NCBI GenBank assembly: GCA_039630545.1
Contig: JBCNUU010000007.1
Span: 1-64,000, forward strand
Reading direction: 5' to 3'
DNA: 64,000 nt
DNA from: Endomicrobiia bacterium
Lineage (GTDB): Bacteria > Elusimicrobiota > Endomicrobiia > DTEH01
Below the pieces are notes generated by a model, which was not told the origin of the DNA, did not search any database, and saw nothing but the letters and a program-made list of their open reading frames with translations. A program made the translations under genes and the position numbers. How positions within the stretch are numbered: position 1 is the first letter of the stretch; each line of letters begins with the position of its first letter. Positions 8,652 to 19,339 of the stretch are shown piece by piece.

Positions 8652-10490
8652 ATGTGTGGAATAATTGGATATATAGGTAAAAGAAACATAACAGAAGTTT
8701 TAATTTCTGGACTTAAAAAATTAGAATACAGAGGATATGATTCAAGCGGAATTGCTATACTGAAAGACAACAAAATACTTAGACATCGCTCAGTTGGCAA
8801 AATTGTTGAGATGGAGTCAACTTTGCCTTCAGAGTTTAGGTGTGTGGATTTTAAAGATAATAAGTGTTTTGTAGGTATAGCACATACCAGATGGGCTACC
8901 CATGGAAAGCCATCTGAAGAAAACGCACATCCACATGTGGACTGTACGAAAAATTTTGTTATAGTTCACAATGGAATAATAGAAAATTTTTTTGAACTAA
9001 AAATCAAACTTACTAATCACAGGTTCTCTTCAGAAACAGATACAGAAGTAATAGTACATTTAATAGAAGAAAATTTTAATGGTTCTGTTCTTGAAGCAGT
9101 TAGAAGTACTATAAAAATTTTAGAAGGTTCGTTTGCTTTTGTTTTAATTTCAAAACATGAACCTGATAAATTGTTTTTTGCAAGAAAAGACTCACCTCTA
9201 ATAATTGGTGTAGGAGAAAAAGAAAACATTATAGCTTCAGATGTTACAGCTATGTTGGAGTATACAAATAAGTTTATATTTTTAGAAAATGGAGATTTTG
9301 GTGAAATTTCAAACGATGAGATAAAGATTTACAATATTTCTTCCAGTAGACCCCAAAAAAGGTTAATAAGCGTAGTTAACTGGACTGCACAGATGGCAGA
9401 GAAGTCTGGTTTTAAACATTTTATGCTGAAAGAGATTTATGAACAACCGCAGGTTTTAAGAGAAAATATAGTATCTCGTATTTTTGGTGAAGAAATTGTT
9501 TTTAATGAAGAAATAAAATTTAAAGATGAACAGCTTAAAAAAATTGAAAAGATTTTAATTATAGGATGCGGAACTTCTTATCATGCAGCTTTGGTATGCA
9601 AGTATTTTTTTGAACATATTATTAGAATTCCAGTAGAGGTAGATATTGCTTCTGAATTTAGATACAGAGAACTTATTTTAAGTAAAAATATGCTTGCTAT
9701 ATTTATCTCTCAATCAGGAGAAACTGCTGATACTTTAGCTTCTTTAAGAATAGTAAAACAAAACAAAGTTCCTACTTTGGGTGTGTGTAATGTTATAGGT
9801 TCTTCCTTGTATCGAGAGGCAGATTCAACAATTTATATAAGATGTGGTCCTGAGATCGGTGTTGCTTCTACAAAAGCCTTCACTGGACAACTTATAAGTT
9901 TATATATTTTTGGTTTGTATTTAGCTAAACTTAAAAATACTATTCCTCATAAAAGATATCTTGAAATTCTAAATTCTTTGTATAAAGTACCAACCTACAT
10001 AGAACACATCCTTTCTGACACCTCATTTTTAAAACATTTAGCAGAGCTCTTTTATACGAAAAAAGATTTTTTATATCTTGCAAGAGGAATTAACTATCCT
10101 ATTGCTTTGGAGGGAGCACTTAAACTCAAAGAAATTTCTTACATCCACGCAGAAGGATATCCAGCAGGTGAAATGAAACACGGTCCCATTGCTTTAATAG
10201 ACAAAGATATGCCTGTGGTTATAATCGCAACTAAAGGAGCGCTTTTACAAAAAGTTTTTTCTAACCTTGAAGAAGTAAAATCAAGGGACGCAAAAGTTAT
10301 AGCTGTTACAAACTATGGTGTGGAGTCAAAAAGTATTGATTACAAAATTGTACTTCCAGAAACGGATGAACTTGTTTCTCCTGTTTTAAATGTAGTTCCT
10401 CTTCAATTGTTAGCATATTATATAGCAGATTTACTTAAATGTGAAATAGATCAACCACGAAATCTAGCAAAGAGTGTTACCGTAGAATAA
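8652..10490 (+). CDS. glmS: Glutamine--fructose-6-phosphate aminotransferase
   Basis: MCGIIG, HTRWATHG, SQSGET, PRNLAKSVTVE. Confidence 0.98.
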   Translation: MCGIIGYIGKRNITEVLISGLKKLEYRGYDSSGIAILKDNKILRHRSVGKIVEMESTLPSEFRCVDFKDNKCFVGIAHTRWATHGKPSEENAHPHVDCTKNFVIVHNGIIENFFELKIKLTNHRFSSETDTEVIVHLIEENFNGSVLEAVRSTIKILEGSFAFVLISKHEPDKLFFARKDSPLIIGVGEKENIIASDVTAMLEYTNKFIFLENGDFGEISNDEIKIYNISSSRPQKRLISVVNWTAQMAEKSGFKHFMLKEIYEQPQVLRENIVSRIFGEEIVFNEEIKFKDEQLKKIEKILIIGCGTSYHAALVCKYFFEHIIRIPVEVDIASEFRYRELILSKNMLAIFISQSGETADTLASLRIVKQNKVPTLGVCNVIGSSLYREADSTIYIRCGPEIGVASTKAFTGQLISLYIFGLYLAKLKNTIPHKRYLEILNSLYKVPTYIEHILSDTSFLKHLAELFYTKKDFLYLARGINYPIALEGALKLKEISYIHAEGYPAGEMKHGPIALIDKDMPVVIIATKGALLQKVFSNLEEVKSRDAKVIAVTNYGVESKSIDYKIVLPETDELVSPVLNVVPLQLLAYYIADLLKCEIDQPRNLAKSVTVE

Positions 10491-10497
10491 AATATGT

Positions 10498-11289
10498 TTA
10501 TTCCGAAAGTCTCAAAATGATACCTGATTTTTTTGCTTTTTTATAAACAAGAGAGATTAAAATAAATAAGACCACTATATAAAAAAAACTTAGCAAAAAT
10601 CCTTTCTCTAAAAGAAACTCAAATTTTTTTTCAAAGCCCAATCCGTTTCTATAGTAATCTAAAAAATATGTAAGAGGTATAAGTTTTGCTATAACTTGAA
10701 CCCATTCAGGAAGAATATCTACAGGATAATAAATTCCACATATAAGCATAGCTAACACAGATAAAGACCATGCAATTATGTCTACTCTTTGCCCGTAAAG
10801 CATCACAAAAAAGTTAACAACCAGTCCTATTATAAGTGCGCTTAATGATATTCCTGATAAAAAAATTAACACCACATTAAATTTTGGCATATAAGATTTA
10901 AAAAGAACATAAGATAAAAAAGTAAGCAGAATAAAAACAAGAAGGCCTCTTATAATACCTACAATCCAGCTTCCTATTATATAATGATATATTTTTGTTG
11001 GAGTAATAAAAATCTGTTTTATGCTTTTTGACCAGACTTCATATAAAATTCCATAAGAAACCTCCAGTTGTATTACCTGCAAAACTCCCGAAGCAGTTGC
11101 TCCTGTAAGTAGAAATGAAAGAAGAATTTTTTCTAAATTTAAAAAATTACTCATTAGACCCACAGAAACAATTCCCACTACTGGCCAGAAAAGAATATCA
11201 AAAAAACTGAAAAGATTTCTTATAGCAAAAATATAGTTTCTAAAAACATAAGCATATATTTTAAAAAACTCATATTTAAATTTTTTCAT
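10498..11289 (-). CDS. ABC-2 type exporter permease
   Basis: About 6 TM segments; GIYYPVDILPEWVQ...PLTY motif. Confidence 0.9.
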   Translation of the reverse strand: MKKFKYEFFKIYAYVFRNYIFAIRNLFSFFDILFWPVVGIVSVGLMSNFLNLEKILLSFLLTGATASGVLQVIQLEVSYGILYEVWSKSIKQIFITPTKIYHYIIGSWIVGIIRGLLVFILLTFLSYVLFKSYMPKFNVVLIFLSGISLSALIIGLVVNFFVMLYGQRVDIIAWSLSVLAMLICGIYYPVDILPEWVQVIAKLIPLTYFLDYYRNGLGFEKKFEFLLEKGFLLSFFYIVVLFILISLVYKKAKKSGIILRLSE

Positions 11290-12040
11290 AGTGAGACAGT
11301 TTAATAAAAGCTTCTTCTAAGTTTTTAGTGTTTGTTAAACTAAGTATCTCATCTTTTTTAGATACTGTTATAATTTTGCCACTATTTATAAATGCAATTA
11401 TCTCTGAAAGTTCTTCAGCTTCTTTCATATAGTGGGTTGTTAGAAGAATAGTAATTTTTTTTGTTTTATGTATATTTCTAATAAACTCTCTTATTTTTAT
11501 AGACACCTCAGGATCCAGACCTAAAGTAGGCTCATCTAAAAGAAGTATTTCTGGATTATTTACTAAAGATTTTGCTAAAGCAAGTTTTTGTTTTGTCCCT
11601 GTTGAAAGTTCATCAAACCTTGTGTTTATGTATTTATGTAGCTCAAAAATCTCTATAAGATATTCAATCTGAGATTTTGCCTGCCTAAAAGAAAGCCCAT
11701 AAAGATGACAGTAAAACTGTAAAATTTCTTTTACTGTCATACACCATGGAAAATTTGGGTTTCCTGAACACATATTTATTTTGTTTTTTATTTCAGAAGG
11801 AATCCCATAAGTTGTTTCCCTAGACATTATAAAAACTCTTCCACAGTCAGGTTTTATTAGTCCTACTATAATATTAAGTAAAGTTGTTTTTCCTGCCCCA
11901 TTTGGTCCTAAAAAAGTAAAGATGCTATTGTAAGGAATTTCTAAAGATACATTATTTAAAGCAATAACTTTTTTATGAGAAAAATTTGTTTTATAAAATT
12001 TCACAATTTGATTTAATACTATACAGGCATCTCGGTTCAT
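11276..12040 (-). CDS. ABC transporter ATP-binding protein
   Basis: Walker A GPNGAGKTT, LLLDEPT, TTHYM. Start placed at ATG 12040 because the ORF-track extension overlaps the divergent gene and promoters. Confidence 0.92.
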   Translation of the reverse strand: MNRDACIVLNQIVKFYKTNFSHKKVIALNNVSLEIPYNSIFTFLGPNGAGKTTLLNIIVGLIKPDCGRVFIMSRETTYGIPSEIKNKINMCSGNPNFPWCMTVKEILQFYCHLYGLSFRQAKSQIEYLIEIFELHKYINTRFDELSTGTKQKLALAKSLVNNPEILLLDEPTLGLDPEVSIKIREFIRNIHKTKKITILLTTHYMKEAEELSEIIAFINSGKIITVSKKDEILSLTNTKNLEEAFIKLSHYEKI

Positions 12041-12050
12041 ACTAGCTTTT

Positions 12051-12130
12051 AATTTACAATAAGTTTTAGAATTTGTCAATAAATTTCTGATTTTTTCTCT
12101 ATTGACATTTTTGATAATATTTTGTAATTT
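12051..12130. promoter_or_regulatory. Back-to-back sigma70 promoters
   Basis: Minus strand: TTGACA (12079-12074)-N17-TAAATT (12056-12051). Plus strand: TTGACA (12102-12107)-N17-TAATTT (12125-12130). Confidence 0.65.
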
Positions 12131-12145
12131 TTTAAAATAAAAAAT

Positions 12146-15100
12146 ATGGTTAAAAAGAATCTTATTTTCCATTTTTTATTTTTTATTCCCCTTTCTTTAA
12201 GTTTTCCACAACAAATAATAAAAGCAGTTGCTTCCGGTAGGTGGAATGATGTATCTATATGGGATGCTTTCAGGGTTCCTCTCCCTGTAGATACTGTAAT
12301 AATTCAGAAAGGTTTAACAGTTGAAATAGATACCTCTGCTGTTTGTACTGCAGGCAGTTTATCACTCGAAACAGGTGCTTCTTTAGTATTTTCTCCAACA
12401 GAAAACGAAATTTCTTCTTTAGTAGTATATGGAGCTGTTAATCTTGATGATAGAAACACGATAATAATTTCTCCTTCATATGGAAATACTAAAGTAAACT
12501 TCTCTGTAATGGGCAATATTAGTTTAAAAGAAAACAGCAGTTTTATTATAACACTGGGAACATCTACCCTGGTAAATCTTACTGCTTCTAAAATTTTAAT
12601 AGACAAAAACTGCAACTTTATCTGTGAGATACTAGATCCTGCCGGAAATATAAATTTTGAAGTTAATACAGTATTAAATGAAGGATATTTTGAAGTTATA
12701 AACCATACATTAAATGTAAAGACTATAAAAATTAGTGGAGTTATTAATACTGGTTTAATGAAGTTTAAAGCAGAAGATCCTCAACCTTTAAATCAAAACA
12801 AACCTGATCCTCCTGAAGTGCAGAGATATCTTGTGTTGGATGGTAACTACAATGATTCTTACTTTATCACAGTAAGAACTGGAGACTACAATGAGGTCCC
12901 TGTTGTTGGATTAATTTTATTAAATGTAAAAATAAATAAAATAGGTATCTGGGACACAGTAAACGAATCTGGTTATCCTCTTTATGGATTAGGTTTTATA
13001 GGAGCTAAAGCTTCAATAGATGGCAGAAGGGATATTATAGCAATATACAATTGTGAAATTTCAAACTCTCCTGATACAGGAATATTTTTTCTTAAATGTA
13101 AAAGAATTAACTCTCACTGGAATCAGATAGGAATAAGTTCAAATGTAATTCATAATTGCGCTTCAGCTGGTATCTGGTTTATGGATGAGGTTGAGAAATG
13201 TGACATAGTAAACAATAAAATCTATGACATAGGAAGGGGTAATGTTGGATATGGTATAGTGTTAGGTATGCCATTTAGAACTGCTAAACAACCACCTTTA
13301 TATCCCGAAGGGTTTGCTAATGAGAATAACATATATAAAAATGAAATTTACAACAATAAAATTAGAGGTATTTATATTTATCATTCTCACAAAAATTTAA
13401 TTGACTCCAACAGGTGTTACGGACAGCTTGAAGAAGGAATTTCTTTAAAAAATTCTGTAAAAAATGTTATTGTTCTTAATGAATGTTTTAATAATGGTGT
13501 TCATGGCATTGCTCTTGATGGAGTTCATGGTATTCCTACAAGCGGTTCTAGACAGAATTATGTTGCTAACAACAAATGTTTTAACAATGCAAACGGTGGT
13601 TTAAGAGTAAGATATAACTCAAACGAAAATATTTTTTTAAATAATATCTCTACAGGAAATACAAAAACAGCTTTTACATCTCATTCTTCAATAGGAAACC
13701 TTCTTGTAGATGAGACATATTCGGATAATGGTTGGGGAGATATATATATTGAAGGTGAAGAAAATCAAGGATATATTTCACAGATGTGGCTTAAAAACTG
13801 TCTTTTAGGCTCAACTACAGAATTTGTAAACACACCTGAAAAACAAGAGTTTACTAAAAGTAATTCATGGGTGTTTTCTCAATGTCATGACAGAACTCCT
13901 GGACTTACACGTATATGGGGACAGTTTTCGTTTCCAGATAGTTATCATAAATGGCACACAAATGATACTTTAAAGTTTAACTATGCTGAACCCCTGTATA
14001 TAAGTAAATCCCATGGATGGAATACAGTACTTAGTTCTAATGATACCGCTATGTTAAGATATGACGATGGAGGAATAGATGGGCCTGAAGGGAGTAACGA
14101 TATAACATCAGTTACTATTAGTTCTACAACAAAAACAGAAGTTTGGATTATAACATATGATGCACCCAGCAATAAATGGGTAGCGCGGGGGACAATTTCA
14201 GGAGTTCAAAAAAACTTAGTTGTCCATGATACTGACTTTATAAGTGACCAGGGAGAGGTTAGATTTAGAATTACCCACAGGATATCTCCTGTTTCACCAG
14301 GTGAGCAATATGTGTTTGCTACTATTGGTTCTTTAAATGACAAAAACATACAAAAAGTAATCAACCTATGTGATTTTTCAGATCCTTATTATGTAGGTGC
14401 AGAGTTTAACACAAAAGCACCAGCTAAGTTAGAGATAATAGGTTCTCAAGAATATCCTACAATTTTTACTCGCAAACTTGCAGAGGATAAAGTTTATCAA
14501 ATAGCTGCTGGTACCCAAGATTTTTATTATAAAATTTCTTTAGGAGGAACAATCACCAGAATTGCTTATGTTAATTTTGAATTTTTAGATAAAAATGGAT
14601 TAGAGTTAAACTCTACACCAATTTATGAAACAGAAAAAATTTACATTTCCAGACTTCAACCTTCTCAAGAAACTTCATATCTCACAACAAATAATATTAT
14701 TCATAGCTTTAAGGATATAGTTTTTGATACCTATACGGCTACTCTTGGAGTTGTAAATTACGGAATAAAAGCTACAAATTCAACATTGCACATAAGAAGT
14801 TATATAAGGCCATACCTTTTAGATAAGATAGATACAAACAGTTCTGTCTACTGGTACCCAACTATTACATGGTCTGGTTTGACCGGATTTATATCTGATG
14901 GAGTTGAACCTGATAGTATAAACAGATTTAATAGCGTTGAGTTTACTGTAAAATATACAGATTTAAATAATACACCACCAACAACAATCCAGGTTTGGGT
15001 TGATCTTGATGACGATTTAATATTTTCTGCTACAGAACAATTTGGGTTAAAACTTAAGCCCGGGGTTAACAATAACTTGAACTTTAAAGATGGCGAAATT

Positions 15101-17230
15101 TATCATTATGTGCTTTCTTACATAAATTATCCTTCTGTACCTTCTTTAGGAAGAAGTGGTGGTAAAATAAAATACAGATTTTTTGCAACAAATCCTTATT
15201 GTATTACGATATCAACTTATAGTTTCAATTTAAAAAGCGTGTTTAATGTGGTTCTTTCAAGTAATGAAGCAACTGGGGTAGCAAGAGAGATAAAAACATT
15301 TTCTGTGAAGGGGTCCCCACCTGTGGTTCAAGTTCAAACACCTACTCAAGAACAAACTGATCTTGTGAGGATAAACTATGTGCTTTATGATTATGATGAC
15401 AAGCCAGAACCTTATAATTTATGTTCAGTGAAAGTAGAATACCGGGAAGGCACTGTGTGGAAAGAAGCCACAAAGCATGACTCTTCTGAGCCAACTTCAA
15501 ATCTTACAGCAACCCTCACAGGGCAGCCACACTATTTTATCTGGGATTCAAGGAAGGACATCCCTTACAAAGATATTCCTGTTGCTATAAGAATAACTCC
15601 ACAGGACGAAGATGGAATAGGTTCCTCAGCAGCTACTGCATCTTTTCAAGTTGACAATATAGTAGCAACACAGCTTGTGTTTAAAACATCTACTCAAGAG
15701 TTAAAAACAGGTAGTACCTCTCAAGTAATAATAGTAGAAGCTCAGGACGATGCTGGGAACAAAGATGTAGATGTAAACGGTGTATTAAATCTGGTAACAA
15801 CTTCTACAGGTGGAGTGTTTATTAGTTTGCAAGATGTGATAATAAGCAGTATAAATATGGTTTCTGGTGAGGCAAGGTTTAAATATAGAGATGAAGTTGC
15901 CGGTGTGCCTGTAATCATGGTTAGTTTTCCAGGACTTTCTCCAGCACAACAGACATTTTATATTACAAAAAATATAAGCTTAGTCAACTCAAAGGTAAGT
16001 ATTCTTTTAGCAGAAGAAGTAAACTTTGCAGAAATTCCTGTAGGCACAACAGCTACAATAGTTGTCACTTTAAAAGATGTAGATGACAAATCTATTGTAG
16101 GAAAAGAAGTTATTTTATATGCTACAGGTGGTGATTTTATACTTACTCAACCGCAAACTCCAACCAACACAGAAGGAAAAGCTTATGGCAGTATCTTTAC
16201 TACAAAAGCGGAGACAAAACTTATTACAGCAAGAATAAAAGATGAAGGTTTACTTTTAGTGTCTTCAGCAACAGTAAATTTTTATCCTGCAGAGCCATCT
16301 TCGGAGAAATCCTCAATATCAGCTAATAAAACAAAGGCTGTTGTAGGTGAAACGATATTTATTACTGTTAAAGTTGTAGACAAATACAGCAATCCTATAA
16401 GTTCAAATACTACCTATGGGAATCTTCCTGTAAGAATAGAGGTTGAAAATGCTTCCTCTGACGATGTTTTGGTGGTGTTATCAAGCTTTACTAATATAGA
16501 AGGTATAGTAAAAGCTACATTCAGAGGTAATACTCCAGGCAGAAAGATTTTTAAAGGATTTGTAGGAAACATTGAAATTAGTAGTCAGGTAGCTGTTGAG
16601 TTTGTTTCCGGAGATATTACTCCACCTCGTGTCATTTCGCTATATCCTCAAAACAACTCATTGATTAGTACTCCTTTAAATCAAATTTCTATAGAGTTAT
16701 CTGATGAATCAGGTATTTCTTTATCATCAACATCTCTAGTTTTGTATGATCCACAAAATAGAGTTATAACAGGCCAAAGTTCTTTTGTTGGAAATACCTT
16801 GTTATACAGCTTCCCTATCCTTAATATAGATGGACAATATAGAATTGAACTTGTTGCTTGTGATGTTCATGGAAATGTTTCAAATTATACTTTCTTTTTT
16901 GAAATTCAAACAAGAGATCCACAAAAAGTGTTTAATTCTAATTTGTTGACTTATCCTAATCCATCCAATATAGGGAGTGTATTTGTACGATATTCACTAC
17001 TTAATGACTCAAAAGTAACAATTAAGATATTTAATATATTAGGAGAACTTATATGGGAGACATCTTATGATGATGTAGAAGGGGAAAACAAAACATTTCA
17101 ATGGTTTTGCGAAAACAAAGATAGAGAAAAAGTTGGCAGTGGTGTTTATATAGTAAAAATCACAGTGGAGGATAAAAAAACAGGTAAAAAATTTGATACT
17201 TTCAGACGCCAGGTAGTAATTAAAAAATAA
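12146..17230 (+). CDS. Large secreted/surface protein: parallel beta-helix, invasin/Big-like Ig domains and T9SS/FlgD-Ig-type C-terminal domain
   Basis: Signal peptide; NosD-like N-x-I-x-x-N...GI repeats; Ig-like blocks (TIVVTLKDV...TNTEGKA); C-terminal YPNP...VTIKIFNILGELI...W...GSGVYIVKI. Confidence 0.85.
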   Translation: MVKKNLIFHFLFFIPLSLSFPQQIIKAVASGRWNDVSIWDAFRVPLPVDTVIIQKGLTVEIDTSAVCTAGSLSLETGASLVFSPTENEISSLVVYGAVNLDDRNTIIISPSYGNTKVNFSVMGNISLKENSSFIITLGTSTLVNLTASKILIDKNCNFICEILDPAGNINFEVNTVLNEGYFEVINHTLNVKTIKISGVINTGLMKFKAEDPQPLNQNKPDPPEVQRYLVLDGNYNDSYFITVRTGDYNEVPVVGLILLNVKINKIGIWDTVNESGYPLYGLGFIGAKASIDGRRDIIAIYNCEISNSPDTGIFFLKCKRINSHWNQIGISSNVIHNCASAGIWFMDEVEKCDIVNNKIYDIGRGNVGYGIVLGMPFRTAKQPPLYPEGFANENNIYKNEIYNNKIRGIYIYHSHKNLIDSNRCYGQLEEGISLKNSVKNVIVLNECFNNGVHGIALDGVHGIPTSGSRQNYVANNKCFNNANGGLRVRYNSNENIFLNNISTGNTKTAFTSHSSIGNLLVDETYSDNGWGDIYIEGEENQGYISQMWLKNCLLGSTTEFVNTPEKQEFTKSNSWVFSQCHDRTPGLTRIWGQFSFPDSYHKWHTNDTLKFNYAEPLYISKSHGWNTVLSSNDTAMLRYDDGGIDGPEGSNDITSVTISSTTKTEVWIITYDAPSNKWVARGTISGVQKNLVVHDTDFISDQGEVRFRITHRISPVSPGEQYVFATIGSLNDKNIQKVINLCDFSDPYYVGAEFNTKAPAKLEIIGSQEYPTIFTRKLAEDKVYQIAAGTQDFYYKISLGGTITRIAYVNFEFLDKNGLELNSTPIYETEKIYISRLQPSQETSYLTTNNIIHSFKDIVFDTYTATLGVVNYGIKATNSTLHIRSYIRPYLLDKIDTNSSVYWYPTITWSGLTGFISDGVEPDSINRFNSVEFTVKYTDLNNTPPTTIQVWVDLDDDLIFSATEQFGLKLKPGVNNNLNFKDGEIYHYVLSYINYPSVPSLGRSGGKIKYRFFATNPYCITISTYSFNLKSVFNVVLSSNEATGVAREIKTFSVKGSPPVVQVQTPTQEQTDLVRINYVLYDYDDKPEPYNLCSVKVEYREGTVWKEATKHDSSEPTSNLTATLTGQPHYFIWDSRKDIPYKDIPVAIRITPQDEDGIGSSAATASFQVDNIVATQLVFKTSTQELKTGSTSQVIIVEAQDDAGNKDVDVNGVLNLVTTSTGGVFISLQDVIISSINMVSGEARFKYRDEVAGVPVIMVSFPGLSPAQQTFYITKNISLVNSKVSILLAEEVNFAEIPVGTTATIVVTLKDVDDKSIVGKEVILYATGGDFILTQPQTPTNTEGKAYGSIFTTKAETKLITARIKDEGLLLVSSATVNFYPAEPSSEKSSISANKTKAVVGETIFITVKVVDKYSNPISSNTTYGNLPVRIEVENASSDDVLVVLSSFTNIEGIVKATFRGNTPGRKIFKGFVGNIEISSQVAVEFVSGDITPPRVISLYPQNNSLISTPLNQISIELSDESGISLSSTSLVLYDPQNRVITGQSSFVGNTLLYSFPILNIDGQYRIELVACDVHGNVSNYTFFFEIQTRDPQKVFNSNLLTYPNPSNIGSVFVRYSLLNDSKVTIKIFNILGELIWETSYDDVEGENKTFQWFCENKDREKVGSGVYIVKITVEDKKTGKKFDTFRRQVVIKK

Positions 17231-18152
17231 TGAAAAAATTACTTTTAATTTCTTCTTTTGTTTTATTATATATTGACAGTGTATTTCCAAAAAGTTTATA
17301 GTATTTGGTTTGGTTTTAAATTTTTATCCATCCGCAAAAGCAGCATATATGGGTAATGCTTTCTCTGCAACAGGTGATACTGTTGAAACTATTTATTACA
17401 ATCCTGCAGGTTTAAGCTGTTTAAATACAAGACAGCTATATGCCAGTTATTCTTATTGGATATTTGACATGTATGATGCATCTTTAGCATTTGTTTATCC
17501 GGTGTCAATTCATAGAATAGCCTTTGGGATTAGATATTTTTATCTTGGAGAGATAACTGAAACTTTAATAGATCAATCTATGCATAGCAAAGTAACACTT
17601 TATAACACAGTAGCTATTTTGTCTTACTCTATAGATTTAGATATTTTAAAACTTGGAATTTCTTTTAAAAACCTACTACAAAATTACGGAACTAACTACT
17701 CTAACATATCCTCATTAGTTTTTGACCTTGCAGGACGTGTTGAGGTTAGGGGGATTTCTTTTGCTTTAAATATAGCCAATTTAGGAAGTTCCATGAAAAT
17801 TGATGGGATAGAAAATAGTTTGCCGTTTATTGTAAAAATTGGAGCTGGCTACAATTTAGATAAATTAAAAATTGGAACTGATTTAGATATAGTAGAAAGA
17901 AACCTCAAGCTTCATTTTGGTACAGAGTATAAAGTCAGAAAACACATAAGCATAAGAGTAGGTTATGAACAAATAGACGATCTTAATTTACTAAAGGGCC
18001 TTTCTTTAGGATTTGGATATGAAACAGAATATTCTGAACTGATAAGTTTTAAAAGTGAAAGCATTTTTGTAGGAGTGTTTAACTATTCTTTTACTTATTT
18101 AGGAGAAGAATTAGGTTTTGCACACAGAATATCTCTCGGTTCAAAGTTTTGA
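17230..18152 (+). pseudogene. PorV/PorQ-like outer-membrane beta-barrel, apparently frameshifted near 17289-17300
   Basis: Body PSAKAAYMGNAF...YYNPAGL...HRISLGSKF lies in the frame of 17310. The coupled TAATG start at 17230 encodes a signal peptide in another frame that stops at TAG 17299-17301. Could be a sequencing error. Confidence 0.7.
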
Positions 18153-18234
18153 TTCTTACATATAAAATGATATAAAAAATCTTACCTTAAAATTTTTATT
18201 GAAATTTTAGAAAATAATTTATAATTTAAAGTCA

Positions 18235-18957
18235 ATGATAATTAGGAGGTTGCATATAATAACAGCATTTATTATTATTTTAACATTTCTTCCTGCAAAA
18301 AGAATATTTGAAGCAAAATTGCCTATTTATCCACAACAGGATAAAATTTTAAAATCTTCTAAATATGTCTGTTTAACCTTTGATGATGGTCCCCATTTCT
18401 ACTATACAAAAAAGATAGTAGATATTCTTAAAGAATATAATGTGAAAGCTACATTCTTCCTTGTAGGTAAACAGGCACAAAAATATCCACAACTGGTGAA
18501 TTATATCCTTTCTCATCCTGGATGTAAGATTGCAAATCATACATTTAGTCATAAAAATCTAAGAAAACTAACCCAGATTGAAATTGAAAAAGAAATAATT
18601 TTAGCACATAGAACATTTTTAGATATAACAAAAGGCGAAGATTCTTTGCGGGTAATTCCTTATTTAAGACCTCCAGGAGGAAATTTTAATGAAAACTTAA
18701 TTAAAATTCTTCAAAAACACAAATTTAAGCTGTGTCTCTGGAGTGTGTTTTCTAATGATTTAAAATGTAAAAACAAGGATGAACTTATAAAAAATATTAG
18801 TCACCAATTAGATTCATCTAAAGAAATAATTTTACTTCATTCTGGTAATCAGATTACACTTGAAGCACTTCCAGAATTGATAGTATTACTTAGAGATAAA
18901 GGTTATGATTTTATAAATATAGACGAAATAGAGTATGAGCTGTATAATGTCAATTGA
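18235..18957 (+). CDS. Polysaccharide/peptidoglycan deacetylase (CE4)
   Basis: LTFDDGP, NHTFSH, RPPGG, IILLH; N-terminal anchor. Confidence 0.93.
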   Translation: MIIRRLHIITAFIIILTFLPAKRIFEAKLPIYPQQDKILKSSKYVCLTFDDGPHFYYTKKIVDILKEYNVKATFFLVGKQAQKYPQLVNYILSHPGCKIANHTFSHKNLRKLTQIEIEKEIILAHRTFLDITKGEDSLRVIPYLRPPGGNFNENLIKILQKHKFKLCLWSVFSNDLKCKNKDELIKNISHQLDSSKEIILLHSGNQITLEALPELIVLLRDKGYDFINIDEIEYELYNVN

Positions 18958-19339
18958 TTATGGAGAAAAAAGAGTAGGGTTGGCTTTATCAGATGAGCTT
19001 AAAATCATAGCAAGACCTCTAAAAGTTTTAAAAAACGACAAAAATATTTATAAAGAAATAACACAACTGACAAAGAGTTATAAAGTAGAAAAAATAATAG
19101 TAGGCTTGCCTTATTGGGATAAACCAACAAAAATAATAAAAGAAGTTCAATCGTTTGTTGAAAATTTGAAAAAATTTTTAAATATAGAAATAGAATTTGT
19201 AAATGAATTCTATTCAACCAAAATAGCACAGGAAAAACTTCATTCTATAAATAAAAAATTGAAAAAATATAAAAATAAACTTGACAGTTTAGCTGCTTGT
19301 GTAATTTTGCAGGACTACTTAGACAGGATAAATCCATGA
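18935..19339 (+). CDS. ruvX: RuvX/YqgF family nuclease
   Basis: IDYGEKRVGLALSD, VGLP, NEFYST, DSLAACVILQDYL. Confidence 0.93.
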   Translation: MSCIMSIDYGEKRVGLALSDELKIIARPLKVLKNDKNIYKEITQLTKSYKVEKIIVGLPYWDKPTKIIKEVQSFVENLKKFLNIEIEFVNEFYSTKIAQEKLHSINKKLKKYKNKLDSLAACVILQDYLDRINP

